Of a DNA stretch of 64,000 nt, positions 62,731 through 64,000 are shown one piece after another. This DNA comes from Planctomycetota bacterium (GTDB lineage: Bacteria; Planctomycetota; UBA1135; UBA2386): assembly GCA_035649575.1 (NCBI GenBank), contig DASRJH010000167.1, positions 7,185-71,184 on the forward strand, given 5' to 3'. Under the pieces are notes generated by a model that was not told the origin of the DNA, searched no databases, and saw only the letters and a program-made list of their open reading frames with translations. Within the stretch, counting starts at the first letter, position 1, and each line of letters begins with the position of its first letter. Made by a program: the position numbers and the translations under genes.

Positions 62731-63678
62731 TCAATCGGCCGCGAACACCTCGGCGAGGGTCCGCGCGTCGAGCAGGCGTTCGCCCCAACGGTCGAGTTCG
62801 GCGATCGTGGCAGAGTGGATGCGTGCGGCGGTTTCAGTGGGTAGAGGGCCGAAACGCTTGGTCAGTAGGCGCACCAGCAGCCTGGCGCTTCCTTCGCGTC
62901 TCAGCTTCTCGGCGGTGCTCATGATGGTCTCCTCAGGTCGTTTCAGGATGCGTTCGAAGGTCACGTGCAGGTCCTCCGCAGGGATCTTTGTCACGTGCAG
63001 ACAATACCACCCGATTGTGGCAACTGCCTCGCGGCCGAGCGGTGGTCCCTCGTCGCGGTCGACGGCAGACAGCAGGTCGCTCCAGCGGTCGAGCCCAGCG
63101 AGCGCTTCGACGGCAGTCCACTCGCGCAGGAAGCGAAGGCACAGGAAGGTGAGCTGGGCGAGCGGCGTCAGTCCAGCGCGACGCAGCTCGGGTTCGGTGC
63201 AGCGCTTCAGGTCGTCGATGAGCATGCGCATGCCCGGTTGCAGTGTCGCGAGCACGGCGGCTTCGGGGTCGAGCCCTTGCAGGTGGGGGTGCGGTGGTTC
63301 GGACTCCGGCCACGGGGTCTCGCCGTGGCACAACAGGATCGGCACGACGAGAGCAGGTGGTTCGCCGTCCGCACGCGTGCTGTGGCCGATATGGACTGAA
63401 TAGCGAAGGATCTGGCCTGGCGCCTCGCGGTCGACGTAGCTCTTGTGCTCGGTGAGCACGAACAGGCGATGCCCGGCTCGCAGCAGTGCAACCTCGAACA
63501 GGTTGTCGGTGATCAGCAGGCGCAGCGTCTGGCCATGGACCTTGTCTGGTGCCTCACGCAGCGTCGCCCAGTCGATGGCCGCGACGAGTGCTGCGGGCAT
63601 GACCGTGCGCAGCCACCCGGCCGCATGGCGGGAGTGACGGAACGTGAAGTGGAACAGAGCGTCGTGCGGGGTCGCCAT
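62731..63678 (-). CDS. Rpn/YhgA-like recombination-promoting nuclease (PD-(D/E)XK) with a DUF4351-like C-terminus
   Basis: ORF 62731..63879 from MATPHDALFHFTF...FVLTEHKSYVD. The C-terminus reads LLTKRFGPLPTETAARI...LDRWGERLLDA. Confidence 0.78.
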   Translation of the reverse strand: MATPHDALFHFTFRHSRHAAGWLRTVMPAALVAAIDWATLREAPDKVHGQTLRLLITDNLFEVALLRAGHRLFVLTEHKSYVDREAPGQILRYSVHIGHSTRADGEPPALVVPILLCHGETPWPESEPPHPHLQGLDPEAAVLATLQPGMRMLIDDLKRCTEPELRRAGLTPLAQLTFLCLRFLREWTAVEALAGLDRWSDLLSAVDRDEGPPLGREAVATIGWYCLHVTKIPAEDLHVTFERILKRPEETIMSTAEKLRREGSARLLVRLLTKRFGPLPTETAARIHSATIAELDRWGERLLDARTLAEVFAAD

Positions 63679-63740
63679 GCCGGTGCAGGCAGTGGATTCC
63701 CGACCGCGCATTTGGGCAGGAAACCACCGCTGCCGCGGCG

Positions 63741-64000
63741 TCAGCGCTTGGCCGGAGCCTTCGTCCCCGTCATGGGCAGCAGCAACGCACAGTAGCTGGC
63801 CGCGAACGCACAGGCCCCGTGCCAGATGGCGCGCAGCCACAGGCTCGTCTCGCTCGGGAGGTAGGGCTGCACGATCCACTCCATCACGCCGCCGAAGATG
63901 GCCACGAGGGTGCCGAGAATCGAAGCCGCGAGCGCGGCCAGCGCGGCCGGGTTGGCGCCTTCGGGCAGCGGCGGCACGGGACGCTGCCGGCGCAGGCGCA
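63741..64000 (-). CDS. Possible small membrane protein. The 5' end is uncertain, and the frame is open to the window edge.
   Basis: ORF 63741..63977 has two hydrophobic segments (ALAALAASILGTLVAIFGGV and HGACAFAASYCALLL). No family recognised. The upstream frame has no stop before position 64000. Confidence 0.3.
   Translation of the reverse strand, partial: RLRRQRPVPPLPEGANPAALAALAASILGTLVAIFGGVMEWIVQPYLPSETSLWLRAIWHGACAFAASYCALLLPMTGTKAPAKR

Noticed and set aside
1-64000. Searched by eye for tRNA, rRNA, tmRNA, RNase P or SRP RNA, CRISPR repeats, IS elements with terminal inverted repeats, and integrases
   Set aside because: None found. The largest intergenic gap is about 200 nt (20539-20739). 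No regularly spaced direct repeats and no transposase or integrase-like ORFs were seen. Small RNAs cannot be excluded without covariance-model scans.

Overview
This is a gene-dense bacterial chromosomal segment with high G+C, roughly 65-70% in the stretches I counted by hand. I call about 50 CDS and recognised no rRNA, tRNA, CRISPR array or intact IS element. All calls rest on reading the supplied translations, on hand translation, and on remembered family motifs; no searches were run.

Gene order, left to right:
- A minus-strand nuoA-B-C-D-H-I operon in which nuoD runs straight into nuoH, so nuoE/F/G are absent. NuoI runs off the left edge.
- A remnant of a DUF4143-type ATPase, an M14 carboxypeptidase, hutD, a small secreted protein and an APC permease.
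- An SRPBCC-ArsR-SRPBCC operon with palindromic candidate operators.
- A minus-strand operon of an EF-hand protein plus two ~1200-aa secreted transglutaminase-like paralogs. One keeps the catalytic GDC motif and the other has lost it.
- An Arg/Glu/Pro-rich protein with a NYN-like end, and a lipoprotein.
- A sensor kinase, an OmpR-type regulator and a secreted protein in one operon.
- A GH15 / otsA / otsB trehalose cluster whose OtsA carries an N-terminal two-TM extension.
- radC, a GT-C (PMT_2-like) glycosyltransferase and a TraB/GumN::GspG-like fusion.
- A TerC-M28 peptidase pair.
- A second GT-C-like membrane gene that is split by a frameshift.
- An NFACT/RqcH-like protein, ndk, a coiled-coil lipoprotein, gnd, a HEAT-repeat protein, a LolA-like protein and prfC.
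- A TatD-like gene with an upstream partner, possibly an EboB/EboA-like pair.
- lgt followed by a ~965-aa Ig-like lipoprotein, then queC, folP and a rhomboid protease.
- A coiled-coil protein followed by a divergent MreB/MamK-like actin-fold ATPase.
- A ~990-aa multidomain amidase, an ICMT-family methyltransferase, and a chorismate mutase divergent from a tandem U32 Fe-S protein.
- An Rpn/YhgA-like nuclease.

The candidates I rank highest for something undescribed are:
- the orphan coiled-coil + divergent actin-like pair (54366-56048);
- the EF-hand + active/pseudo transglutaminase-like trio (11207-19477);
- the chorismate mutase / U32 pairing (59742-62697).

Many very long ORFs in the six-frame track are antisense or out-of-frame shadows typical of high-GC DNA, and I rejected them.
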